DNA of 28,091 nucleotides, from IMG/VR virus record IMGVR_UViG_3300037585_001476, positions 1 through 28,091 of that record; one strand, written 5' to 3'. Numbering within the stretch: position 1 is the stretch's first letter; the number at the start of each line of letters is the position of its first letter. Position numbers and translations under genes: made by a program. The DNA comes from a virus. Taxonomy: Duplodnaviria; Caudoviricetes. The notes under the pieces are model-generated. The model worked only from the letters and a program-made list of their open reading frames with translations. It had not been told where the DNA came from and made no database searches. Positions 18,439 through 26,303 of this stretch are shown in pieces.

Positions 18439-18890
18439 AACGGAATCTCATCGTCGTCAGTGGAGGCTACTGCTTCAACCAACGCTTGAGATTTTTCATA
18501 AGATTTAACTTCAGGCCACTTGTCACCCTTCTCATTTGCCTTACCAAGACCTACGTTTATGCGAACTTGATAACCACTTAGCTTGTCTGCATCCCCAGGC
18601 TTATTGGCATCAGGGTGGTCAGACGCTTCAAGCATGGCTTTTAATTGAGACTTACCAATCTGAACTGCCTTCGGATTTGGGTTCTGAACATTATATCGCT
18701 CTACGATTGTCATGTCGTTTTCATCAGCAAAGGTAACTTCAAGATAACGTCCAGTCCTTGCCGCCGTTTCTTTAATCATAGCTTCTTTAATGCGTACATC
18801 GTGATTGCCGACCTCTAAAAATCTTTTAGGTGGGCCATCGTCTGCGGCTACGTCCGTTAAATCTAATTCTCCAAAATTAAAACCACTCAT
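18435..18890 (-). CDS. DUF669-family ssDNA-binding-like protein
   Basis: NPNPKAVQIGKSQL motif, beta-rich core, acidic tail DDDEIPF; follows the Sak4-like ATPase. Confidence 0.8.
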   Translation of the reverse strand: MSGFNFGELDLTDVAADDGPPKRFLEVGNHDVRIKEAMIKETAARTGRYLEVTFADENDMTIVERYNVQNPNPKAVQIGKSQLKAMLEASDHPDANKPGDADKLSGYQVRINVGLGKANEKGDKWPEVKSYEKSQALVEAVASTDDDEIPF

Positions 18891-19669
18891 TTTACTTTCC
18901 TCTTCTCAAACTGTTCTTTTGTTTCTGACATTTTTGCCAGTAGTTCTGTTACATCGTCATACTCTTCGATTGCGTTTAGCCTTCTCTGAGGATCTCGACT
19001 CTTGCCGTGCCATCCATTGACTTCGTCTGTCGCAAACATACGTCTGACTTTTGGATGTCCACTATCTGTCTTCTCTGTAGTTCTCACTCCACAAAAGACA
19101 TGGTCAAAGATTGCAGGTATCTGCTTAGAGACAGCCTGACCTTTCACATGAGGCCAATACTGTGTTACTCCGTTAGCATCTGCTTCTTCTTTGGCTAGGC
19201 ATGTCACGAACACATGAGCAGGTAAGTCTCTTATTTTTTTAAGGACACCTATCATCTGCGTTGCATATTCCCCCCAGACCTTGAACCCATTCTTCTCGCC
19301 GTCTAGCTTTTCATCCAGACTTTCGAGAAGTCTGTCTGACATTTCTGTCAAACTATCTATGGCAATCCACTTATATCCTTGAGCTTTTAAGAAGTCTGGA
19401 TGTGTTAACCATTTAAAGATCTGCATAAAAGAGTATGTACCCTTCTCTTCATTGTTCTCTCCATCCCACGATAGGAACGGAATGTAATCAATGTCGGTAT
19501 CTTCAATAGACTTTAGACCTGCTTCACCAGAAATGATTAAGCCTTTTCCAAATCGCTTTTGATAGAACCTGCATTGAAATGTTTTTCCCCACCCGTGATG
19601 TGCATATAGCAACGTCTTGGTTGGGCCATCTGATTGTAAGTCAGATGTTTTACTTGGTCGAAACTTCAT
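18887..19669 (-). CDS. Sak4-like (AAA_24) P-loop ATPase/recombinase
   Basis: Walker A YAHHGWGKT, EAGL, Walker B IAIDSLTE; AAAGGT SD; Sak4-SSB-nuclease gene order. Confidence 0.85.
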   Translation of the reverse strand: MKFRPSKTSDLQSDGPTKTLLYAHHGWGKTFQCRFYQKRFGKGLIISGEAGLKSIEDTDIDYIPFLSWDGENNEEKGTYSFMQIFKWLTHPDFLKAQGYKWIAIDSLTEMSDRLLESLDEKLDGEKNGFKVWGEYATQMIGVLKKIRDLPAHVFVTCLAKEEADANGVTQYWPHVKGQAVSKQIPAIFDHVFCGVRTTEKTDSGHPKVRRMFATDEVNGWHGKSRDPQRRLNAIEEYDDVTELLAKMSETKEQFEKRKVK

Positions 19670-19724
19670 ATATTACCTTTCTTTTATTCTGTATCACTCT
19701 AAATATAATTAGTTGTAATACTAT

Positions 19725-19763
19725 TTGACACTTTAGTAGTATAGTATAAGTTACAGGTGTCAA
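19725..19763. promoter_or_regulatory. Overlapping divergent sigma70-like promoters
   Basis: TTGACAC on + (19725) and on - (19763) in an AT-rich gap; + strand TAAGTT at 16-bp spacing; - strand -10 is weak. Confidence 0.6.
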
Positions 19764-19781
19764 CCTAAAAAAGAGAAAAGA

Positions 19782-20000
19782 ATGAAAAAATTAAACATTA
19801 AAAGATTAATAGAAGATGTTGGTGGTGCTCGTAAGGTTGCAGAAATAGTGGGCGTTCAGAGGACAGCACCCTATGGATGGGTGCGTCAAGGACACATCCG
19901 ATCCACATTTTTAGAAAAGATTACATCAGCTAATCCAACATTAAACATAAACAAATATTTTGAGGAGAGACAAAATGAAGAACTTGGAGGCGGCACTTGA
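19782..20000 (+). CDS. Cro-like HTH regulator
   Basis: 72 aa, GGARKVAEIVGVQRTAPYGW; first gene after the divergent promoters. Confidence 0.8.
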   Translation: MKKLNIKRLIEDVGGARKVAEIVGVQRTAPYGWVRQGHIRSTFLEKITSANPTLNINKYFEERQNEELGGGT

Positions 20001-21882
20001 ACTGCTAGACATGGGGTGGTCAATCATCCCATGTCGCCCAGACACTAAGCGTCCACGAATTAAGTGGAAAGAATTTCAAGAAACCTTACCAACAGAAGAT
20101 CAGGTAACAGACTGGTGGACTAAATTCCCAGATGATCCTATCGCTCTAATCACTGGCAGTTTATCAGGTGTGGTTGTGGTTGATTGCGATAACGAGGAAG
20201 CCCTTCACGCCGCCTTTGATTGCGGAATGAAGTCACCCTTTCGTGCGAAGACCAAGAGAGGACATCATTTATATTTTCGCCACCCACAAGACGGCTTACG
20301 TCGTGGGCCAAGAGCAGGTCTTATGACCAGAGGTTCAGACTGGCCCAAGATTGATGGTTTAGATTTCAGAGGCGACGGTTCTTATGCCCTCGTTCCACCT
20401 TCTAAGAATTATAGTTGGGAGATACCTAAAGGTTTCAGCCTTGACCCAGAAGACTTTCCAGTCTGGAAAGATTGGAAGCCACAGATTAAATCAGAATTTG
20501 ATGACTCATTTAGTTTTAATGACCTAGATCTATCTGACGTTGTGGCAATGAACCCCATCGAACTTATGTCTGAGTGGGATAGGACTGCAAGGTATGTGAG
20601 AGAGACGTACCCAAATACCATGAAGATCCCATCTGGTGTTGGTAATAGTAGGAATGAGAGGGTGATGAAGTATATCTCTGAACAAATCATAGATGGGAAC
20701 TTTGGTGCAGAACTTCGTGTTCGTGGCTACGCCTTTATGACTGAGTTCTTTGAAGAACATCTTTCCGTTGCCGAGTTCGAAGCTACAGTTAGGAGCATGG
20801 AGGAGAGTGAGAGACGTAATCATCCAGACAGATTTGATGAGAAGGGTGAATATATTCATCGGCATAAAATAGAAGAAGCTAAAGCAGAGGAGAATGGTGA
20901 AGGTAGATCACGAAGATTAATTACTATGGGAGATGCTAAAGAGTTAGCTGAGAAGTCAGAGGCTAGAGAGTTCCTTATTGAACCTTGGCTATCCCCTGCC
21001 TCAATCACGCAGGTCTATGGTTATTCTGGTCATGGTAAATCTTTATTTGTCCAGAACGCTATGGCTTCATTGGCATCGGGGCGTAAATACTTTGGTTGCT
21101 TTGAAATCAATAAGCCAAGCAAGATCCTATACTTAGACTTCGAGATGGGTATGTCTACGATAGCCAGACGATTGCTTGAGATGAAGCAAGTGCATGGAGA
21201 TACGAAAGATAGGTTACAGATATGGACACCCTTTGTTGATAATCACGAGATGAACCTCAGAACTAAGGAAGGTCTTACTGAGTTACAAGGTTGGGTAGAT
21301 TTTATTAAGCCAGACGTAATCGTAGTTGACACAATAAGAACTGCATACCCTGGCTTAATGGAAAATTCCTCAGACGAATGGGCAAAGGTAAACCAGTTGG
21401 CTGTCCGTCTGCGTAACTCTGGCTATGCTGTCATCCTTGTTCACCACAGCAACAAGCCAAGTGAGTCTGGTGTTGGTAGAGAGGCTGGGTCAACGAACCA
21501 GTTGACTGTCTTGGAAACACAGATCCGTGTGACACAAGTTTATCAGGATGAAGAGACGGCGAAACAAAACGCCGCAATCTATGACGGCTCATACGACAGA
21601 CCAGTGTGGCCTATGTTGTCGGCAAGGTTAATGAAAGACTTCCAATTATATATGGTAATGGAAATTCGTTACGGTAAAGTTCGTGAATGGACAGACGCAC
21701 ATGATCGAGTTCAATGGATTGGTTTGGCGGCTAACAACCAGACAGATGATAGATGTATCGTATCATCTCGTTCAACAAAACAAATTTCAAAAGACTTGGC
21801 ACTTGACGGTAAAGATGTTGAGGAGATCAGTCGAGTTCTATCTAAACCTTTAAGAGTTATAAAGGATTGGTTGGAGGTTTAA
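19975..21882 (+). CDS. Bifunctional Prim-Pol primase fused to an AAA_25/RepA-like helicase
   Basis: GWSIIP, VVVDCD, GHHLYF, DFRGDGSYAL.PPS; Walker A GYSGHGKS, YLDFE, IVVDT, LVHH; ATG at 19975 follows GAGGAG. Confidence 0.9.
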   Translation: MKNLEAALELLDMGWSIIPCRPDTKRPRIKWKEFQETLPTEDQVTDWWTKFPDDPIALITGSLSGVVVVDCDNEEALHAAFDCGMKSPFRAKTKRGHHLYFRHPQDGLRRGPRAGLMTRGSDWPKIDGLDFRGDGSYALVPPSKNYSWEIPKGFSLDPEDFPVWKDWKPQIKSEFDDSFSFNDLDLSDVVAMNPIELMSEWDRTARYVRETYPNTMKIPSGVGNSRNERVMKYISEQIIDGNFGAELRVRGYAFMTEFFEEHLSVAEFEATVRSMEESERRNHPDRFDEKGEYIHRHKIEEAKAEENGEGRSRRLITMGDAKELAEKSEAREFLIEPWLSPASITQVYGYSGHGKSLFVQNAMASLASGRKYFGCFEINKPSKILYLDFEMGMSTIARRLLEMKQVHGDTKDRLQIWTPFVDNHEMNLRTKEGLTELQGWVDFIKPDVIVVDTIRTAYPGLMENSSDEWAKVNQLAVRLRNSGYAVILVHHSNKPSESGVGREAGSTNQLTVLETQIRVTQVYQDEETAKQNAAIYDGSYDRPVWPMLSARLMKDFQLYMVMEIRYGKVREWTDAHDRVQWIGLAANNQTDDRCIVSSRSTKQISKDLALDGKDVEEISRVLSKPLRVIKDWLEV

Positions 21883-22048
21883 CCTTCCAATAACCTTTCT
21901 CATAGATACCCATAACTTTAGCATCAGGGAAAACTTCTCTGATGCTATCAACCCATTCAGCTATCTCTGGATACTTGGCTCTGTTGCCATTTGTTTCTGT
22001 CTGCTGACCAATGGTTCTGAATTTAGGAACGTGTCGCTTACGGCTCAT
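21857..22048 (-). CDS. Small hypothetical protein, 63 aa
   Basis: AAGGAG upstream; converges on the primase stop. Confidence 0.55.
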   Translation of the reverse strand: MSRKRHVPKFRTIGQQTETNGNRAKYPEIAEWVDSIREVFPDAKVMGIYEKGYWKVKPPTNPL

Positions 22049-22072
22049 GTTCGCTTGTTTCTCCTTCGTTTA

Positions 22073-22100
22073 TACTCAGACCCCCCAAGGGGTCTGAGTA
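22073..22100. repeat. Perfect 12-bp inverted repeat
   Basis: TACTCAGACCCC-CCAA-GGGGTCTGAGTA. Confidence 0.85.
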
Positions 22101-22141
22101 ACACTTCGGCTCAAGTCGCTCTCAGCGTTCCTACACCTTGA

Positions 22142-22167
22142 GAGGTTGAAGGTCAACCCCTTTTTTT
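22142..22167 (+). terminator. Probable intrinsic terminator
   Basis: GGTTGA-AGG-TCAACC stem followed by CC and T7. Confidence 0.5.
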
Positions 22168-22257
22168 AAATTAGTTTATACTATTTTATATATTCGGTTG
22201 TATCTTAGGTGTGCATTAGGTATATCTATACAAATAGGTACAAGTAACAACGGAGCA

Positions 22258-22557
22258 GTGTTGCCAAAGCCGATTGAAATAGGGCCAACAAACTTGAGAT
22301 GGCTCAGAGAAAATCACAGAAGGAAGACGTACTCAGATATGTCAGATAGAATTGGTGTGTGCGTAGACACGCTCAAACGCATACTCGTGCGTGAAGGACT
22401 TCAAGAATTTGATGGAGCAAAGTACCAGCTACGTCGAGACGTTGGTGTAACAATGTGGAATCGTCCTTGCCTTCAATGTTCAAACGAGGAGTTGCGTCCA
22501 AAGAACTGGTTCTACTGTCGAACTTGCAGAAAGAAGAGAGGATATGAGGAGGAATGA
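22258..22557 (+). CDS. HTH plus C4 zinc-finger protein
   Basis: GGAG SD at 22252 favours GTG 22258 or TTG 22261; TYSDMSDRIGVCVDTLKRIL HTH-like; CLQC...CRTC. Confidence 0.65.
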   Translation: MLPKPIEIGPTNLRWLRENHRRKTYSDMSDRIGVCVDTLKRILVREGLQEFDGAKYQLRRDVGVTMWNRPCLQCSNEELRPKNWFYCRTCRKKRGYEEE

Positions 22558-22874
22558 AAGTAATAATAGAGAGTCCGTACAAGGACGACATCGTGCGGAA
22601 CACCGATTATGCGAAGCGTTGCATGATCGACAGTCTAAATCGTGGAGAGTCACCATTAGTTTTCCACTTACTTTACACCCAAGTACTAGATGAATCTAAC
22701 GAAGGTGAGCGATACAAAGGTATCTCGGCATCATTCCTCTGGCACAAACACGCAGACAAGCTAGTCGTCTATGAAGACTACGGCATAACTTACGGTATGG
22801 AACTGGCAATCAATCTGGCTAAACAGAATGGTATCCCCATCGAGAAGAGGAAACTCAATGACACAACCAAGTGA
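22554..22874 (+). CDS. Nucleoside 2-deoxyribosyltransferase-like fold protein (DUF4406-like)
   Basis: VIIESPY, GESP..HLLY, GIT.GMELAI motifs; ATGA coupling. Confidence 0.65.
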   Translation: MKVIIESPYKDDIVRNTDYAKRCMIDSLNRGESPLVFHLLYTQVLDESNEGERYKGISASFLWHKHADKLVVYEDYGITYGMELAINLAKQNGIPIEKRKLNDTTK

Positions 22875-23055
22875 CTTTCAGAAATTTCTAACTCACAAAC
22901 AGATCAAGCAAGTAAAAGATCTCGAAGCAAGAATTAAACTTCTTGAAGAAACACTTATTGAAATCCGTGACATCGCTCGTGTAAGCGAAGGTGTCGAGTT
23001 CTATGCGATGCTTGCAGAAAGGGGATTGAACAATGAGCAACCCACAGAAAGCTAA
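22858..23055 (+). CDS. Small coiled-coil hypothetical protein
   Basis: GAGG SD before ATG 22858; overlaps both neighbours. Confidence 0.6.
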   Translation: MTQPSDFQKFLTHKQIKQVKDLEARIKLLEETLIEIRDIARVSEGVEFYAMLAERGLNNEQPTES

Positions 23056-23455
23056 AGGCGACGGGTACGAGCGTGAACTTGCGGCGTACATCAACGACAA
23101 CACTGGCCTCGATTGTTCACGAGCCCCTCTGTCTGGCGGCGGTGCGATAGGTATACTGTCTGGCGGTGCAGACCTGCTCGGCGTACCCAACCTTTTCATA
23201 GAAGCGAAGCGTGTCGAGCGTCTGAACTTTCACGATGCTATGCGTCAGGCTGAACGTAATCGTACCAGCCGTGCGACAGACGACGTACCCGTAGTCATCA
23301 ACAGAAAGAATAGAATGAAGACGGGAGATAGTCTTTGTCTCCTCAGACTGGACGACCTACTCACCTTCTATCGTGCATACTTATGTCAGGAGGGCTTTGT
23401 AAAGGAAGACGAATGCCTACCTGCCCAGTGTGCTCAACCAACCAAGAAACTGTAG
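23033..23455 (+). CDS. Holliday-junction-resolvase-like PD-(D/E)XK nuclease
   Basis: KAKGDGYERE, GGAD, FIEAKR motifs. Confidence 0.8.
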   Translation: MSNPQKAKGDGYERELAAYINDNTGLDCSRAPLSGGGAIGILSGGADLLGVPNLFIEAKRVERLNFHDAMRQAERNRTSRATDDVPVVINRKNRMKTGDSLCLLRLDDLLTFYRAYLCQEGFVKEDECLPAQCAQPTKKL

Positions 23456-23592
23456 CCCTCTATACACTGAAGCAGAAATGGATAAAGGCACTGATGGCTT
23501 GCCCACGTTGTGAGGCAGAAAGGAAAGAGAGGAAGAGTGAAAAAAGACAAGCTCCCATTCCTGATCGACCAACTAAAAAAAGCCGACGATAG
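23413..23592 (+). CDS. Small C4 zinc-ribbon protein with basic tail
   Basis: AAGGA SD; MPTCPVC...CPRC. Confidence 0.55.
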   Translation: MPTCPVCSTNQETVALYTLKQKWIKALMACPRCEAERKERKSEKRQAPIPDRPTKKSRR

Positions 23593-24187
23593 TTCGCCCT
23601 CCTCTGCCCTGACGGGCCGTCGGGCTACCTCAAAACAAACTAAACTTGTACAACAAGTATGGAACTGGATAGTCCACGACCTCTCCAACCCTACCGAAGA
23701 ATACAACGACATGCCTCCCTGCCCGTATGCACGACAAGCACTCATGGCTGGACGTGTGATCTTCCATACCTCAGACGATCTAACCGCCGCAGTAGATATC
23801 AAAGCCATTGGCGACCCAGACAAGTTCACGCACGTCTTCATCTGGACAGACCCATCGCAAATGTCACCAGATGAAATGACCGATTGGATCGCTGACCAGA
23901 ACAAGAACCACTTTGGATGTTGGCTTATAGGCATGCACCCCGATCACCCAGACGCAGAATTATCTATCTGGCAGTCCCTCAACATGGACGACTGGGGCAT
24001 ACTTCTTGTGCAATCATTAGCTGACTTAGACAATGCTCACTCGATCCTCCTCGGAACTCAGTACTACAGAGGATTGGATGACATAACAGACTTGGTAGAA
24101 AGAAAGGTAACGGCTAATGCGTGGTATGAAAAAAGCAGTAAGGAAATCTTGCTCGAAGTATACGAAGAAGAAGAAGTGAGGCACTGA
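23537..24187 (+). CDS. DUF1415-like hypothetical protein
   Basis: W.....PPCPYA and GMHPD motifs; GTG start after GAGG is tentative. Confidence 0.5.
   Translation: MKKDKLPFLIDQLKKADDSSPSSALTGRRATSKQTKLVQQVWNWIVHDLSNPTEEYNDMPPCPYARQALMAGRVIFHTSDDLTAAVDIKAIGDPDKFTHVFIWTDPSQMSPDEMTDWIADQNKNHFGCWLIGMHPDHPDAELSIWQSLNMDDWGILLVQSLADLDNAHSILLGTQYYRGLDDITDLVERKVTANAWYEKSSKEILLEVYEEEEVRH
24117..24179 (+). CDS. 20-aa basic peptide (MRGMKKAVRKSCSKYTKKKK)
   Basis: GAAAGGT SD; nested in the 3' end of the upstream gene in another frame. Confidence 0.45.
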   Translation: MRGMKKAVRKSCSKYTKKKK

Positions 24188-24366
24188 TGCGTGGAATGAA
24201 AAGACCGAATAGAGGTGTGGTGTTTACCCGATCTGGAAACATAATGCCTAATCAAATGAGAGGTGGAATGAACCCGATGGCAAGACCTATGTCTCGTCCG
24301 TCTGGTATGTTTGGGAGGAATATGGGAGGGCGTAAGCCAATCCTCGGACGATTAAGAAAGAGGTAG
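24187..24366 (+). CDS. 59-aa Arg/Gly/Met-rich basic protein
   Basis: TGAGG SD, TGATG coupling; 12 Arg, 9 Met, 10 Gly, no acidic residues. Confidence 0.65.
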   Translation: MRGMKRPNRGVVFTRSGNIMPNQMRGGMNPMARPMSRPSGMFGRNMGGRKPILGRLRKR

Positions 24367-24370
24367 TCCC

Positions 24371-24808
24371 ATCGACCCTATTACTGTAGCTATTGGTGCG
24401 TTCAAAGTCGCAAAGAAAAGTATTGAGCTTTCTAAAAGTGCGTCCGAAATTGCGAAAGACCTGGGCCAGGTCTGGTCTGCGATAGATCGTGTCAAGGCAG
24501 ACGCTAAGTCTGCGAAGAAGTCTGGAGCATCCAATGCAATGGAGAAGTTCGTTGCCCTCAAAGAAGCTGAAGACCTTGAATATAACCTGCAACAAATCAT
24601 TCGTGCAACTCGTGGCGAAGCAGGGCTCAAGCAATTCATGGCTCTCCGCAACGAAGAAAAGAAAGCTATGGAACTTGAGGACTACGAAACTCGTAAACGC
24701 AGTGCCAAGATAAAGAATATAATCTCCATACTCGTAGGAAGTTTAATCTTTCTTGCTGGCTTTGCTGGCCTTGTGTATGTAGCATGGCTGTATGGTACAC
24801 CCAAGTAA
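24371..24808 (+). CDS. Coiled-coil protein with C-terminal TM; probable ATC start
   Basis: GAGGT SD 6 nt before ATC-GAC-CCT-ATT-ACT; in-frame TAA at 24353; the ORF track only calls the internal ATG 24539. Confidence 0.65.
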   Translation: MDPITVAIGAFKVAKKSIELSKSASEIAKDLGQVWSAIDRVKADAKSAKKSGASNAMEKFVALKEAEDLEYNLQQIIRATRGEAGLKQFMALRNEEKKAMELEDYETRKRSAKIKNIISILVGSLIFLAGFAGLVYVAWLYGTPK

Positions 24809-24950
24809 TCAACTCAGCCTCGACCTTAACGAAGAACCTGACGGTCTAACCCTCGCAGAAACGGAGGGTGACAACTGGCTCTATGATCTTTTCATTGCGA
24901 CTGTTGAGCAAAAAAAAGGGGATGAAGCCGAAGCCTCACCCCCTAGTTGA
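24792..24950 (+). CDS. Possible 52-aa acidic peptide
   Basis: MVHPSNQLSLDLNEEPDG...; overlaps the upstream stop and fills the gap; no clear SD. Confidence 0.35.
   Translation: MVHPSNQLSLDLNEEPDGLTLAETEGDNWLYDLFIATVEQKKGDEAEASPPS
24910..24943 (-). terminator. Intrinsic terminator of the leftward operon
   Basis: Minus strand GGGGTGAGGC-TTCG-GCTTCATCCCC-T8, cUUCGg tetraloop, directly after a TAG stop. Confidence 0.85.
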
Positions 24951-25095
24951 TAGTTTTTTCTGTAGGTTTTTCTTTCTCTGGATTACCATCAATGATAACT
25001 CTGATTGTCCACATACCCTGATCTCTATTAACGATCATAAAGTCTTTAGTCGGACAACTCTCTAGCCATGCGTTGATCTCTTCCTTTGTAGCCAT
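24943..25095 (-). CDS. 50-aa hypothetical protein (MATKEEINAWLESCPT...)
   Basis: TAATG coupling to the upstream ORF; ends at the terminator. Confidence 0.65.
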   Translation of the reverse strand: MATKEEINAWLESCPTKDFMIVNRDQGMWTIRVIIDGNPEKEKPTEKTIN

Positions 25096-25256
25096 TAACG
25101 GTTCATCTCTACAAACCGTCTGGCTATAACTTCCTTGTTGCAGTCATCGCAACATTTTTTATCTGGGCTCGCCAGAGGAGCAGGGTTATTCCCTGATCCT
25201 CTGAACTCCTTATGGCACAGACAACATGTATATTTAGGTCGCCAATCTTTATCCAT
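25095..25256 (-). CDS. 53-aa zinc-finger protein (CCLC...GNNPAP...CCDDCN)
   Basis: TGATG coupling; paired Cys motifs. Confidence 0.7.
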   Translation of the reverse strand: MDKDWRPKYTCCLCHKEFRGSGNNPAPLASPDKKCCDDCNKEVIARRFVEMNR

Positions 25257-25501
25257 CAGATAACCCCCCAATGTTTGAGGTAGATCTTAGCCTTATCGCC
25301 AGATGTCCATCCCTCTTTGGTAGAGTTCTGAACAATCCGACAATGTTGTAACCACTTACAGTAATTACTAACTGCCGAACCAGATATTCCGACCTGCTTA
25401 GATATGTCACTCAGACGTACCTTCTGCCACTGATCCTTCTGTGCCGTCATCCACATGATTGTCAGTGCTATCTTCATTTCCATCGGCTTTATTCTGTGCA
25501 T
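25256..25501 (-). CDS. Winged-HTH DNA-binding protein
   Basis: RLSDISKQVGISGSAVSNYCKWL HTH pattern. Confidence 0.65.
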   Translation of the reverse strand: MHRIKPMEMKIALTIMWMTAQKDQWQKVRLSDISKQVGISGSAVSNYCKWLQHCRIVQNSTKEGWTSGDKAKIYLKHWGVI

Positions 25502-25709
25502 CGGATTCGAACCTCATTACGTTATTGATTACCCATCTGGGACTTGAGACGCATGACGACAAACTTGTTACCAAGTCTGCCGCACCATCCCTATTCTTTA
25601 CGTTGGCATTGAAACCAAGTTCAACACCAACGAGTTTGTTAGTCTCGTTGTCGATGACGGCAAATAGATTGCCGACATCAATAGCTTTTTTGTTATTCTG
25701 ATCTGTCAA
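25407..25709 (-). CDS. Hypothetical protein
   Basis: GGAGGA SD 6 nt before TTG 25709. Confidence 0.6.
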   Translation of the reverse strand: MTDQNNKKAIDVGNLFAVIDNETNKLVGVELGFNANVKNRDGAADLVTSLSSCVSSPRWVINNVMRFESDAQNKADGNEDSTDNHVDDGTEGSVAEGTSE

Positions 25710-25920
25710 TTTTGATCCTCCTGCTATAATCCACACCAAACATTTTAGCGATTTCTCGTTCAGCTTTGTGTGATGTTATTTGTACTTCTGTTAGCAGGTC
25801 TACAATATCGTTCATGTGAACTTGTGTCGTCTTGTTATGAACTTTTAATTCAGATCTCACTGTCTCAATTAATCTCTCGCACAGTCTGTCAACTGCCTCT
25901 GCAAATTTTATATCACGCAT
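25693..25920 (-). CDS. Hypothetical helical protein, 75 aa
   Basis: GAGGT SD; overlaps neighbours. Confidence 0.65.
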   Translation of the reverse strand: MRDIKFAEAVDRLCERLIETVRSELKVHNKTTQVHMNDIVDLLTEVQITSHKAEREIAKMFGVDYSRRIKIDRSE

Positions 25921-26143
25921 GAGCTACCTCGCAAGGTGGGCCAGTTATCACGTTGTTTGAAACATTGACCCATCTATACACAAATGTAGGAACAGTATAT
26001 TTCAACCCCTTCTGAGTCCTTATTCGAAACTTAAATCCGCAGAAGTGGTATGTTACCCAACCGCCTTTTGATCTTCCGTTACCAAGAGAGTGTCTGGCTA
26101 TCAGCTTTCTACCCACTCGGTTCTTATCGTTTATGTTAATCAT
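25913..26143 (-). CDS. Basic hypothetical protein, 76 aa
   Basis: GGAGGA SD 7 nt before ATG 26143; the longer 26278 start runs through promoter DNA. Confidence 0.6.
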   Translation of the reverse strand: MININDKNRVGRKLIARHSLGNGRSKGGWVTYHFCGFKFRIRTQKGLKYTVPTFVYRWVNVSNNVITGPPCEVAHA

Positions 26144-26187
26144 ATTCCTATCCTCCATATATGACCATTTTACTAAGGTTGTCATTG

Positions 26188-26217
26188 AGATTACTCGGAT
26201 TCCCTCGAAAGTGTCAA
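26188..26217 (-). promoter_or_regulatory. Sigma70-like promoter of the leftward small-gene operon
   Basis: TTGACA-N18-TAATCT; -35 lies in the palindrome GTGTCA-A-TGACAC (26211-26223). Confidence 0.6.
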
Positions 26218-26272
26218 TGACACCACTTCTTTGGGTGGTGTTTGTCCCACATTTGGTGAGACGGCACACCAT

Positions 26273-26292
26273 AGACACAACGTATTGTGTCT
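26273..26292. promoter_or_regulatory. Operator-like palindrome, copy 1
   Basis: AGACACAA-CGTA-TTGTGTCT; shares ACACAA-N4-TTGTGT with 26373-26390. Confidence 0.6.
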
Positions 26293-26303
26293 TTAGGTGT
26301 CTG

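Noticed and set aside
18258-18581. 107-aa + strand ORF across the hairpin array
   Set aside because: Antisense to two well-supported genes and has no recognisable features
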